From Eledone cirrhosa (Eukaryota): a stretch of DNA of 64,000 bases. Position 1 is the first letter of the stretch. Each line of letters opens with the position of its first letter. Below are positions 1-13,034 of the stretch, piece by piece. A program made the position numbers and the translations under genes. The stretch covers positions 103,416,001 to 103,480,000 of the forward strand of contig OZ024743.1 of the NCBI GenBank assembly GCA_964016885.1. The letters are read 5' to 3'. The notes below the pieces were generated by a model. It saw only the letters and a program-made list of their open reading frames with translations. It made no database searches and was not told the DNA's origin.

Positions 1-228
1 TATATGTCAACATCGTGTGTGTTTCTTTAATATATACTTCTCTCCGCTTTCCAAGGTAAGCCCACACATGTTTGCTGCTAATGGAATATATTTGATATGA
101 AGATAAATTGTAGATAATACTAAGAGGTTGAAATATGAACAATCAACTGATGGTAATTTGGTAAGATACAGTCAATTATCTGATGTTCTTGTCGCAGCTC
201 ATTACATTCCAGTTCACACATACACTAA

Positions 229-230
<2 letters not shown>

Positions 231-276
<46 letters not shown>

Positions 277-296
277 TATATATATATATATATATA

Positions 297-330
<34 letters not shown>

Positions 331-386
331 TATATATATATGAATATATAAATATGAATATATATATATGAATATATATATATGAA

Positions 387-442
<56 letters not shown>

Positions 443-512
443 AACACACATATAAATAACTGTATATATATAGATATATTTGTGTGTGTGCGTTCGTTTA
501 TGTATGTGTATT

Positions 513-572
<60 letters not shown>

Positions 573-653
573 AATAAATGTATATATATATATATCTGTG
601 TGTGTGCGTTCGTTTATGTATGTGTATGTATATATATATATATATATATAAAT

Positions 654-726
<73 letters not shown>

Positions 727-776
727 TAGGTATAGAACATACCGCCTATGGAAGCATCTTAGCTACCATCAGACAC

Positions 777-830
<54 letters not shown>

Positions 831-880
831 ATATATATACATATATATATATACATATGTGTGTGTGTGTATATATATAC
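231..880. repeat. (TA)n/(TG)n microsatellite-rich tract
   Basis: Long TA runs with periodic GAA/CA interruptions; source of the spurious YIYI ORFs. Confidence 0.95.
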
Positions 881-1726
881 ATATATACGTACAACAAAAC
901 AAGTAAAATCTCCCGTGAAAATCAAGCATTATGGTAATCAAATAAGACACATCGTGTTTCTGTCTCATTATTTGTGTGTAACACAGATAAGACTGAAATA
1001 ATTGCTATCTATGAAATATAGCTAACACTTTACTTCTGTAATGAACATATCATAGATAATGTATAAAAATATTTGACGAATTGGAGAATTTAATAAATAA
1101 TTATTAGCCATCTATACTCCATTCTATGTTGTATAGAGGAATGTATTTTAATTACTCGAAAAAGCCCGAGAGGAAAATAAGTATTCAAACCTTATATTCC
1201 AGAATATGCGTTTGATCGAATTGGTGAAAGTAACAAAGGATGAGAAATGATATAAGTAGTGAGGGTCTCATTCGACCTCTTTAATTTACTCTCATTGTAG
1301 TTAAGTTTTCCTATCACTCCTTCGGGGATGATACGGTGTCTGTTAATAGTACACAGAGGTTTGTTCTGGCAAATACACCACTTGGAAGGCGGAGAATCGG
1401 TAGAGCTGTTAGAACGTCTGATAAAAATGATTTGCTGTATTTGTTCCGACCTCTGAATTCATTGAGTTCAAATCCCATGGACGTCAACTTTGCCTTTCAT
1501 CTTTTCGAGGTCAATAAAAAATGTACCTGTCGAGTATTTTTGTCTCTCACTTCCCTACCCCCATTCTCTCTCCTTCTCTGGAATAAATCGACTGTGTGCA
1601 TACCCTTATACTTTTCCAGTTCGTGGTCATACCAACTATGCCGAGACCTCGCAGTTTGAGATATACAATTCCAGAATCAATTTTAAAGGAGGTTTTCGTA
1701 AAGTATAATTACGCCACATTAATGTT

Positions 1727-1921
1727 TGGTGGATTGGCAGTATCGGTAGAGGGTCGGACGCCATGCTTTGACGCATAGAGTTACGGCCCTTGCCATTCTG
1801 AGTTCAAATCCTGCCGAGGTTAACTTTGCCTTTCATCCTTACGGGGTCGATATAATAAATTATCAGTAATGCACTGAGTAATTGCTGGCCTTGTGCCAAA
1901 AGTAGAAACAAAGTAGAAACA
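1727..1921 (+). mobile_element. tRNA-derived SINE, family 1
   Basis: TGGCAGTATCGGTAGAG A-box-like head, GAGTTCAAATCC B-box, body GCCTTTCATCCTTACGGGGTCGATA, tail GCTGGCCTTGTGCCAAAAGTAGAAAC; many copies in the window. Confidence 0.85.
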
Positions 1922-2173
1922 ATGTTTGAATGATTGAGATGTTTAAACAACCAATTTCAATGCTGTAGAAACTGTGTGAAGCAACCTTTTCTCGGAAAAA
2001 GCAACGCACTAGGTCTTCATAAGTAAAAGGTCTCATGTGGCCAACACTGACGCATCACCAATCGGTCTACTGATTCTAATCTCGAATACCAGAGATATAA
2101 TACAAATCAGGAAAACAGAATATGTAATTTCTTACATATGTCGAATTGACAACATCGTTAGAACGTTGGAAAT

Positions 2174-2305
2174 AATTGTTTCTACTTTCGGCACAAAGCC
2201 AGCAATTATCCCAGTGCCTTACTGGTACTTTATTTCATCGACCCCGTAAGGATGAAAGGCAAAGTTAACCTCGTTGGGATTTGAACTCAGAACATAAAGG
2301 CCTGT
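2174..2305 (-). mobile_element. SINE family 1, 5'-truncated
   Basis: Reverse complement of the family 1 body and tail. Confidence 0.8.
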
Positions 2306-2820
2306 AACCCCATGTTGCAAATAATGTTTTGCCATATTTTTGGAAATAATGCTTCACCATATTTCTTCTGGCTCTGTGTCTGGGTCAACATTGCCTTTCA
2401 AAGTTGATAAAATCTTACCAGTCCAGTACTGGGGTCACTTCTTCCGCTATATCCCTTTCTCGCTCTCTTTTTCTGGATGAAATCGGCTGTGTTCAGACCA
2501 GGAAAATGTATGGGCTCCGCCAAGTTTAAAATGCTTAAGTCACACTGGTGCCCCTACAACTCCATCCGGAGTTACTTTAACCAAAATGAACTTAAAGCTA
2601 ACTGAAAATCGGTCCAGAAAAAAAAAACTCAAACATAATGATCCGACAAATAGGGATCGATACACTGTGTACCAGACATTAAAGTGTGTGTGTTGAAGTC
2701 CATCATATCTAAATCCTTTTCAGGCGATGCCAGAGCGTAACAGCAGTCGAATGACAAACCAATAAAGAAAGAATACATACATTCATACACACATATTACT
2801 CGTATACATATGTATATATT

Positions 2821-2929
<109 letters not shown>

Positions 2930-2948
2930 ATTTATATATATATATATT

Positions 2949-2999
<51 letters not shown>

Positions 3000-3004
3000 G
3001 TGTA

Positions 3005-3094
<90 letters not shown>

Positions 3095-3314
3095 TATATA
3101 TATATATATATATGTATATTGGTAAACGGAATAGAAAATGCTGACAAATTGTTCACAGTTGAAAAATGGTTTAATTAGGAATAAAAGAGTATTAGTGATT
3201 GTATGGGTTAGTATTCAGTTGTGGTTTTAAGTTTTTAAGTTTTTACCGGTTGCGCATTTCTAAATGCTTTTCAAAAATAATTTTGAGATAGAGTGTCCGT
3301 GCTGTTTGCTCTGA

Positions 3315-3368
<54 letters not shown>

Positions 3369-3442
3369 GAGAGAGGGGTGTAGAACACTCAGTCCATGGG
3401 ACGAGTTTGGTAGTAGTAGTAACACAACAGTTAGTTCACCAT

Positions 3443-3485
3443 ACCGAGCTGAAGATCCGCATAACGTGAAACTATTGTTCTCGGT
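3443..3485 (+). ncRNA. Minimal type I hammerhead ribozyme motif (weak stem II)
   Basis: ACCGAG-CTGAAGA-tccgcataacgt-GAAAC-tatt-GTT-CTCGGT; stem I is extended by a ~30-bp inverted repeat. Confidence 0.6.
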
Positions 3486-3511
3486 ATGATGAACTAACTG
3501 TTGTGTTACTA

Positions 3512-3558
<47 letters not shown>

Positions 3559-3690
3559 AGGGAGTGTAACGTGAAGTAGGTTACCCCAGGTGAGCGCTCG
3601 ATGTTTAGGTTCACGTCAGTAGCGATATGTAGAGCTAAACAGAGTGTAATAAAATAATACAAGGACGATTTGTTCAGTATTCATTGTTTA

Positions 3691-4425
3691 CTAGCAGAAA
3701 AACCACCCTTCTGATGGTTTTCTGCTACCAAGGGTAGTGTGTATATTGATATTATACTCAAGTATATATACATGTAGATATGATACATCAAATAAAATCG
3801 TAATTGACAATATATAATGCATAGAAATTGAACAAAGACTGCGTTACACTGTCTTATTTAATCAGTAACGTAATCCACGATACATTAAAAAAAGACGATA
3901 TTATGTATAAACTGCATTAGGAGAAAATTAGTGACAGTAAATTAATGTTTATTTAAGCGATCGCCACCGGAAGTGTTGACATTTGAAAATTTTAAAGAAA
4001 TGAATCTTTAAATAAATAATAAAATATATTTAATGAACAGCCACGAAATTTAGTAGATAAATTATGTTCGGGGTCGATAAAATAAAGTACCAGTAATACA
4101 CTGGGTAATTGCTGGCCTTGTCCCTAAAGTAGAAACAATTATTTATTCAAAGTATAAGGGGGGTGGATTGGCAGTATCGGTAGAGGGTCGGACGCCATGC
4201 TTTGTAGCAAAGAGTTACGGCCCTTTATGATCTGAGTTCAAATCCCGTCGAGGTTAACTTTGCCTTTCAACCTTACGGGGTCGATAAAATACTCTGGGAT
4301 AATTGCTGGCCTTGTGCCAAAAGTAGAAACAATTATTTATTCAAAGTAATCCAACTTATTTTACTAATGGGATAAAAAAATTATAAACCGTACACAGTCT
4401 CGCGCTTCTTACTTTATAGTTTAGA
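3691..4425 (-). mobile_element. Non-autonomous Helitron family X, interrupted by two SINEs
   Basis: Minus strand begins A|TCTAAACTATAAAGTAAGAAGCGCG and ends hairpin+CTAG|T; homologous to 17362-17668, 28409-28828 and 52310-52720. Confidence 0.7.
4066..4334 (+). mobile_element. Two SINE family 1 copies; the second flanked by TSD ATTTATTCAAAGTA
   Basis: Family 1 motifs; the same flank recurs at ~4141 and ~4335. Confidence 0.8.
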
Positions 4426-4520
4426 TTGTTTGGTGACGCGCGTTTCGCCGTTAATCAGCTCAAGTTTCAATCTCTATCGATCTGGCCCGACTCTGGAATC
4501 AAAAACTCGTCGGACCTCTG

Positions 4521-4572
<52 letters not shown>

Positions 4573-5147
4573 TCTTTGCTTAAACTTTAATATCTGTGCA
4601 TATAATAAATATTTGCTCTTCGGATTTTAGACTTCACATTTACTATTACTCTATATATATATATATACATTGGTTACTTTGTGGAATATCTACCCTCCTT
4701 TTGCTTCAAATGTCACTGACCTTTTTTCTGGTATCTCACATCACAAGTGTTGATTCCTCAGTTGACTTTTAAAATAACATAAACATATTTAAAATTCTGA
4801 TTTTAAACGCTCTGAATTGGGTTAAAGTTTACATCCTATATTCTATTCCAATTCCAGAATAGTATTCACTGAGCTTCTGAAATTAAATGTCTGTTTCACT
4901 GTATTACAATTGATGGCTAACTTCCTGAGAAAGAGAATTCACTATATATGTAAATTATGTATTTTTGATAGGTGTTTAGGTTGGGAGATTGACAGAGTCA
5001 TCAGAGTTTTGGACAAAATGTTTCGACTTTCACGATTTCAAAGTTGATAAAAAAGTACCAGTACATTATTGAGATCGATTCTTCCTCTATATCTCTTTCT
5101 CTTTTTTCTCTCTCTCTCCTTCTTTCACTGCGTCCCTCTCTTTCCAC

Positions 5148-5202
<55 letters not shown>

Positions 5203-5579
5203 ACTCACACTCAATCTCACACACAAACTCGCAATCTCTATCTGAATTCTTCCTATAAATCTTCTTAGTAGTGAGGAAATAGTAATAATATAATTAAAGT
5301 TGATGAAGGATAATATGAATAATGGTGCTCGTTTTTGTCATGATAAAATAAAAATGATTCACCTTATTTGTTTTTTCTATCTCTATCTGTCGCTGTATTT
5401 CTCTCTATCTCTCTCCTTTTCTAGAAGAAATATTCTGTATTCAGATCGGAAGAAGGCATGGGCTCTGCCAAGTTTAAAATAACCAAGACCCTCTGTGATG
5501 TCACCACGGCACCCCTCTGGCTCAATCGGAAGTCATGGATTCATAATACAAGTACACTTGCGCATGCATGCATACATAC

Positions 5580-6116
5580 ATGATGGATGCCCCCTCGTTA
5601 TCGAGTATGGCCATTGCACAATATACCATTATTAATGATTATTAATTAATTCTATCGTGCAATGCATGTGCGTAAAGATAGTTTTTAAAGTGAGGAAAGA
5701 CTGTGCACTGAGCCAACCCCACTCTCCGATCGACAGTAGCTATAACCGGAAAAGAAGAAAAGATCAACATCATCGGTAACTACTGAGCCGAAGGTTTTAT
5801 ATCGGAGTTATCCCAGTTTCCTGAGTTGCCTTCTCCTAGAAGAATGCCTTGACAAAGACTAGGGTTCCGTCACTCCCAGAGGCTTAACCGCGGGGTACAT
5901 GTGTATATACATATTTATACACTTTTGGGTGGCCGTTGCCTCGTATGAGTTCTTCCGCCCTTTGTCAGGTTTTGTTTTTTTGTCCTGCAGGGTGTCCAAA
6001 ATCACCCTCCTCACCAAGTAAACTTGATGGGGTTGCCGGTTTAGTCACGGACGACCCGACCATGCGACAGGTTGTACTGGGTTATATGTTGCCAGTAGCA
6101 CTCAAGAGTGACCCGA
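5580..6116 (-). mobile_element. Bipartite RTE-derived non-autonomous retroelement, subfamily A
   Basis: Second copy at 49551-50085 (+); 5' part resembles an RTE 5'UTR (shared with subfamily B); short RTE-like 3' end followed by a (TATG)n tail. Confidence 0.6.
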
Positions 6117-6133
6117 TATACATACATACCTAC

Positions 6134-6743
6134 ATGGTGGCTGCCAACTCGTTTTCGAGTACGGCCACTACTTTATATCCATGTAGGAGAACCCGTACCG
6201 ATGCGCTGAACGAATGTGACTTTTTAGTCCAGCCAGCGACTTGAAAACTCTGGTACAAAGACTACACTTGTGACCATTATTGACACATAGTACAGGGCCC
6301 ATGGTACCATGTGATGACAAGTGCAGAGAGATCTCCAGATATAAAGCAATGCCTGTACTGTGAAGCTTTTATAGTGAGCAAAGGCACTGCACAAAGCCAG
6401 TCCCACTCTCTTAACCAAGATGTTATTTACCAAAAAGAAGAACAAGTCAACATCATTGGATACCATCAGGGTTGCAGGTGTTATATCAGAGTGTTCCTTC
6501 TCCTAGAATTCTGCCTTGACAAAGGCTAAGGGGGTCATCTCTCCCGGTGATTTTGGATGGCCATTGACTCTTAAGAGCTCCCTTGCCCTTTGACAGGTTT
6601 TGTTTTTAGTCCTGCAGGATGTCCAAAGTCACCCTCCTCACCAAGAAACCTTGGTGGGGTTGCCAGTTTAGTTGCCAACGACCCGACCATGAGACAGGTT
6701 GTACTGGGATACATGTTACCAGTAGCACCAACTGGTGACCTGA
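6134..6743 (-). mobile_element. Bipartite RTE-derived non-autonomous retroelement, subfamily B
   Basis: The 3' part encodes [25 protein letters not shown], a C2H2 motif typical of RTE ORF C-termini, joined to a 5'UTR-like part; further copies at 51039-52012. Confidence 0.7.
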
Positions 6744-7249
6744 CATACATACATACATACATACATACATACATACATACATACATACATACATAGAATG
6801 CTTGACTCTAAAGGAGTAGTAATAAAATTACTAGAAGCAATTACCTCTCTGTAAGACAATGCACCCTTTATATTTTTTGTACCCTCAACAAAAATCCATA
6901 CTCTAGTTACATATTGTGCTTTCGTTCTCAGAACGGTAGCCATTACCAGTAATATGATTACAAATCCGATGGGTGCCAGATGAGCAGGAATGTTAGAGTG
7001 TCGAATAAAATGCCAATATGGTATTTGTTTTGACTCTTAACGCTCTGAGTTCAAAACATAACGGGGTCAACTTGGCCTTTCATCATTCCGGGGTTGATAA
7101 AATAAAGTGCCAGTTAATTTAATCAACTCTACCCTTTCCCAAAATTTCCTTGCCTTTTACCTAAACTAGAAATCAATCTTATTGCAGCTCCTCGCTTTGC
7201 TCGTCAGTGTTTTCGTCGTTATTGACGACGATGGATGATGAAGATTAAT

Positions 7250-7394
7250 AATTGTTTCTACTTTAGGCACAAGGCCAGCAATTACCCAGTGCATTACTGG
7301 TACTTTATTTTATCGACCCCGTAAGGATGAAAGGCAAAGTCAACCTCGGCAGAATTTGAACTCAGATCGTAAAGGGACCTAACCATGCTGGAAA
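7250..7394 (-). mobile_element. SINE family 1 fragment
   Basis: Reverse complement of the family 1 body and tail. Confidence 0.8.
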
Positions 7395-7959
7395 GATGAA
7401 GATTAATAATAAATATATATATATATATATGACTAATGTGCATGGCTTAGTGGCTGGAGCGTTGGACTTGCAGTCATGCTCCAGTTTAGTCAGCTGTAGA
7501 AATGAGTTGCGACGTCACAGGTGTCAAGTTGTATCGACCATTGTCTTTCCTTTGAACCACATTGGGGGCGTGGAGACGGTAGACTGGTATTCATGGGCGA
7601 CTGCTGGTGTTCCATAAATAAACTTGTCCAGACTTGTGCCTCGGAGGAGAAACTTTCTAGTCGCAAATGGGGTCTTTACCTTATATATAACTAAGGCCGG
7701 ACATGACTCAATTAAAACATAAACAAATCTACATCACACCTATGTTATCCACGAACCCAAACAAATGCAAAACATAAAACTACATTCAATCCTACCCATG
7801 CAATTGTACCGCGTCAGCCGTAAAGTACTGTAAATTGAAAGACATCCTTCCAGATCATTACTTAAGATTTTCACCTATAATATTTTGACAAATAAATAAA
7901 AATAAATCATATTTCTGTATATTGAAAATTCTTTAAATTAGGTATTGAGTGATATAAAT

Positions 7960-8900
7960 ATCTAGCAGTTATTTCATCACTGAAAGCCTTGAACATATAG
8001 GATGTTGATGACATTGCGTATACTTACAATCGTCCGTGTAATTTCCAAAGCAGCATACACTTGTCCGCGCACACGTAGAGAAGTAGGGAAAACCAGATCC
8101 ATTGTACTCATTGATTGATATTGAGATGGATTGACTAACATTGCAAAAGCTACCCATACCGATGGTTGTAATAGCGTAAGGATGAATGGAAGTTAATTAA
8201 CAGAATGTATCAATATAATTCTTGGTATACAGGCACGTTTGCCCGTATGCAATGATATGAGTCCTAATTGAAGTTCTAATTGAAATCACAACGATTTACA
8301 TTTTTTTTCAATTCAAGATATCAGTTATTATATTGGAAACGGATATTTTGAGCTCCATAAATCAGCAATTTCATATTGAATCCATATGTTTTGGATCTAA
8401 TAGCCTCATATTTTAATGTCCTGTGTCACTTAGAGTGGCACAGAACACATTTGAAATATAGCTGGGACTACCATCTATTGATGAACAACTGATGGAATAT
8501 GAAGCCTTTTAAGGGATCCATATTAAGGACAGAGAGTAAATTTCTTACAATTCCGGTTATATTGTTTCATATTAAATTCCTCTTGCCCGACGAGGAACGT
8601 TGCTTCATCTGTTTGTGCACAGATTCTATTTGATTTCTATTTCTCCTGGGAAGAGATAAAATATTTGACACTGATTACTTTGAGTATCTTCAATTATGTC
8701 TACTTCCCAACTCAATTTTCAAAGTTTAATTCTACGCCTAGTCCAAGAAGGTAAATATTTTGTGGCCATGCTGTAATATTTACGTTATTGTTCATTTTTG
8801 AGAGCCATAAAGTTTTTCCATTAACAGCTTCCATTAGCATCTTTCATTCATTCTATTCAATAAGGCACTTCAACATATTATATGGCTGTTACTATATGGT
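7960..8900 (-). pseudogene. Highly decayed Helitron Pif1-helicase C-terminal region
   Basis: Minus-strand GKRACIPRIIL..LPFILTLLQPSVWVAFAMLVNPSQYQ..RGQVYAAL resembles the consensus IPRI..LPF..QFPV..AFAMTINKSQGQ..HGQLYVAL. Confidence 0.5.
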
Positions 8901-9043
8901 ATTCATTTTAGAGTCTTAAGCTTTTTCTGAAAAAGATGGGTTTATCTTCTCAATAACTGAAACTCTGTAATCTTTTCTCTACTTAAGGGAATTATTTACG
9001 AAAGGATTTGTTACTGAAAACATATCTATTATATACGTAAAAA

Positions 9044-9258
9044 GGGCGGTGGATTAGCAGTATCGGTAAAGCATCAGAGACCATGCTTTGCAGCATAGAG
9101 TTATGGCCCTTTACGCTCTGAGTTCAAATCCCACCGAGATTAGCTTTACCTTTCATCCTTGCGGGGTCGATAAAATAAAGCACCAGTAATGCACTGGGGT
9201 CGATTTAATCGACTTTCCCCTCTCCCCAAATTGCTGGCCTTGTGCCTATAAGTAGAAA
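9044..9258 (+). mobile_element. Full-length SINE family 1
   Basis: GGCGGTGGATTAGCAGTATCGG head, B-box, body and tail all present. Confidence 0.85.
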
Positions 9259-9403
9259 TCGTTATATACGTAAAAACAATAACAACATGTCATTTATCTA
9301 TCGCATAAATATCTTTTGCTTCCTTTGTCATGGAATATTTTGTTGCAATGTTAAACAAGTGCAAACAAGGAAATACACATTGTATTATAAATATATTGGT
9401 TTA

Positions 9404-9588
9404 TTGGGGGAGAGGAAAGTCGATTAAATCGACCCCAGTGCGTAACTAGTACTTTATTTTATTGATCCCCGTAAGGATGAAAAGCAAAGTTAACCTCGGC
9501 GGGATTTGAACTCAGATCATAAAAGACGTAACTCTATGCTGCAAAGCATGTTGTCCGATGTTCTACCGATACTGCCAATGCACCGCCC
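9404..9588 (-). mobile_element. SINE family 1, inverted relative to 9044-9258
   Basis: Reverse complement, including the head. Confidence 0.85.
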
Positions 9589-9905
9589 TGGTTTATTGTA
9601 ACAATGACCAATTACGTAAATTTGAGACTTTTGGTCAATTTTTATTGGATATCTAATCAGATTACGCGTGTTAGCCTACTGCTGTGTATTGTTAGTATTG
9701 ATATACAATTTGATCTACATTTGCTATATAGGCGTTGAAGTGTAATAGAGTGAAAACTATAAATCATTTTTTCTGACGTTTTAAGGATTCTACCAACTCG
9801 TCGCTGTTATTGTACAGTTATACAATAGAACATGTATTTAGTCAGAGGTGTGATGTAAACTGAGAGATGGGTCTAAACTTTGGTGGTTGAAGGAATTAAT
9901 GGATT

Positions 9906-10033
<128 letters not shown>

Positions 10034-10123
10034 CAAATTCAAAAACAAATTATATATATATATATAATTTGTTTTTGAATTTGTTTTGCGAGATTTCTTA
10101 TCTGAAAACGTGTGTTGAAACAG

Positions 10124-10751
10124 ATATTGTTATACTTTAGGAAGGTCATGCTGCCAATAAAAACACACTGGCGAGAACTCCAGGATGGGCAAAAATCATC
10201 AGTACTCCACCAACATGCCAAAATAGAACTTAGAGGCACATTAAAGAACATAGATATAAAAATTATATCCACACACAGAAAAGATGCAATGCTCAGACAA
10301 ATCACCGAGGCAACAAATATAAACGAACTCCAACCAAAATGAAACAGAAAACATGAGTGGAATAGCAACCTCACAACTAGTAAAGGACAAAATGAAGACA
10401 TACAGACACATACAAAAGCCAAACTAACAAAACAAAACAAACACACACAGATAGAACAAACAACCAACTAATGACAAGTAAATAAACACACAAATAAATA
10501 AATAAACACACACACACCTGGATGTAACACATGCACAAACCAAGTACACAATATACAACACACAACTCACAAAGGTGAGAAACAAAATAAAAGCCGTTCG
10601 CTGAGGAGGTCACATAATGTGTGACGAAAGAGCTTTGACAATATATAACCTTCCGGTTATCGAACCAACCAACTGGAAACATAAAATTAAGTAAAATCCA
10701 ACAGGTGCGTGTTTTTATTGGCAGCATGACCCTCCCAAAGTATAACAATAT
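10124..10751 (+). mobile_element. 5'-truncated PLE: GIY-YIG C-terminus, pLTR and short inverted pLTR tip
   Basis: HWRE..SSVLHQHAKIE..MLRQITEATNINELQPK*NRKHEW; ~43-bp inverted ends; HHR-like CTGAGGA-gGTCACAtaatgTGTGAC-GAAA at 10601-10629. Confidence 0.65.
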
Positions 10752-12215
10752 ATATATACATATATATATATATATTATATACCATATAAGTTTGTTGATT
10801 TTTTAGGCCAGCAATCTATGGTGTTTCCATCTTAAACACTCCACGCCGTGACTCCGCATATGGTATCCGGTGGAGTATTTATAATAAGGGAAGAAGTAGC
10901 TTTTATTTTTAGATATTTATAAAAAGTTAAACCAAACACCATTACGTATAGGGATATAAGTAAAATAATTAAATTAACTAAATAGATTAAACGCATGACC
11001 ATTGTAGAACATAACTACATAGAGCCACAGAGAACAATTTGACTGTTTAACCCTAGTTGTTACCAACAAACATGACAAGCGAGTTAACAAAACATCTGGG
11101 AATATAGGTCAGATAGAAGCGGAATAAAAAAACAACAACATGCACACACGCATACATATTCAAACACACACAAAATAACAAAACACACACCCACATGCAC
11201 GCACGGAAACAGATATGCACGCACACAAACACATACAGGCCCACTTACACACCATGAATCGCAAAAACGGAACAAATTGATAAATAATTTTTTTTTAAAT
11301 CAGTTCTTTTTTAATCAGCTTTTATAGAAATATTGGCACCGTAATCATATAAATATGAAAGTTGACGCCTCCAGTAAAGAAATAAAAATACAAATACACA
11401 CACATATACACGCAAATACTAACGTAGATAAACTCACATAAAGATCCACACACACACACACATTCAAATACACGTGGGTCTCCATTACTCATAATAATGA
11501 GAGATATGGAGAGCGGAAGAAACGGAAGCAGTAACAGTAAAAGTTTGGTTCCTTTGTGTTCGGACTTGGTGCATTTATATATATATATTTATTTACCGCA
11601 CCACATGTTACATACAGACATTTAGCTAGTTACATGTAAATGTTATTTATATGAATGGATGGTTTCCATTTTATACTAATTCTGTTACCTTGTCTATCCA
11701 TTTCTCAGCTTGTATCATATGCGACTACTTGAAGCAATAGCAAGTAATTATGGTTGACTGTTTAATCTTTTGAATATGAACAACCAATGCCATCAGAAAT
11801 AGGTATTAGGTTATCACGCAGTAAATGAAACAACACCAAACTTACTACATTGACAACACCAACAAAACAAAACATCAACAACAGGCGGAATAATAAATGT
11901 TAATATTGGTTGAAGTCAACTCTAAAAAAATTATATACTACATAAAAGTATACCATACAAAATACGTACTTCCAAAATAAAATCACTTATCTGACGAATG
12001 ATGCGATGGAACAAGGAGCTATTAAGCTATTCATCGCCTCTGAAATGCAGCAGAATAGGAAATAGAATGGTGTTGAAAAAAATAATAGCTTCTTCTACCA
12101 TTATATAAATATATATATATATACTAGACCATCCGTCACTCGTTGGGTTACGTTCGCTTCAAAATAATTAAAATGTACACGGACATGTATATAATGCAAA
12201 ATGAAATTGGAAGGC

Positions 12216-12303
<88 letters not shown>

Positions 12304-13034
12304 TATATATATAATATAATATAATTGAATATACAAGGGAGATAAACACAAATATAAACATACATGTGTTCAAATTGTAAGGGACCAAGTTCGCTAGGGT
12401 GAAAAAATACTAACTATAACAATATGGTTTGCCAGACTCAATTTAAAGTAATAAATGAAGAAAAAGAAAACCAAAACTATGTCCACCATTTGCCTCCATC
12501 ATGGATCAACTAAGCCCCCTTGCTATATTAACACATTTTGATCTGCTTAACTTCAAGAACTATGCCTGTAAATAACATTATTTTTTATTTCACATTGACT
12601 TTTTATGCTCCACATTACTCTCCTTTATTTCTGTTTTCTTTTTTCTTTTCACTCATAAACCTTGTTTGTAAATAACATTATTCTTTCTACACCATTTCTT
12701 TAACATGTCCAACACCACCATTCTACACCAATATATATCACTATCATTTGATAATGCATAAAAATGATGAAACCGGTAATAGACAATTAGTAAATATATA
12801 AATAGATAAATAAATGCCATTGTTAATCAATAAATAAATCAACTAATACCTTAACACTTCACACAAAGTAAAATATTTCGTTTTAATCATTTTCTAACCA
12901 AGAAAAAAGAGATAAATAAATAAAAAGGGAAAAATATATATTTTTCTTCCTAATAATCGTCTCCTGCTCCCTGTTTTCATATATATATATATCCTAACTC
13001 GTGTGCTTCCTCTCCACATTTTATTAAATATATA

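Noticed and set aside
1-61. Possible host exon end with donor AAG|GTAAGC
   Set aside because: Too short and no recognisable peptide; cannot be supported without transcripts.
128-1001. [16 protein letters not shown] ORFs here and throughout, including 50021-51163 (380 aa)
   Set aside because: Translations of microsatellites that lack stop codons; no coding signal.
1727-1815. tRNA gene (A/B boxes) in SINE heads
   Set aside because: No cloverleaf; always attached to the SINE body and tail.
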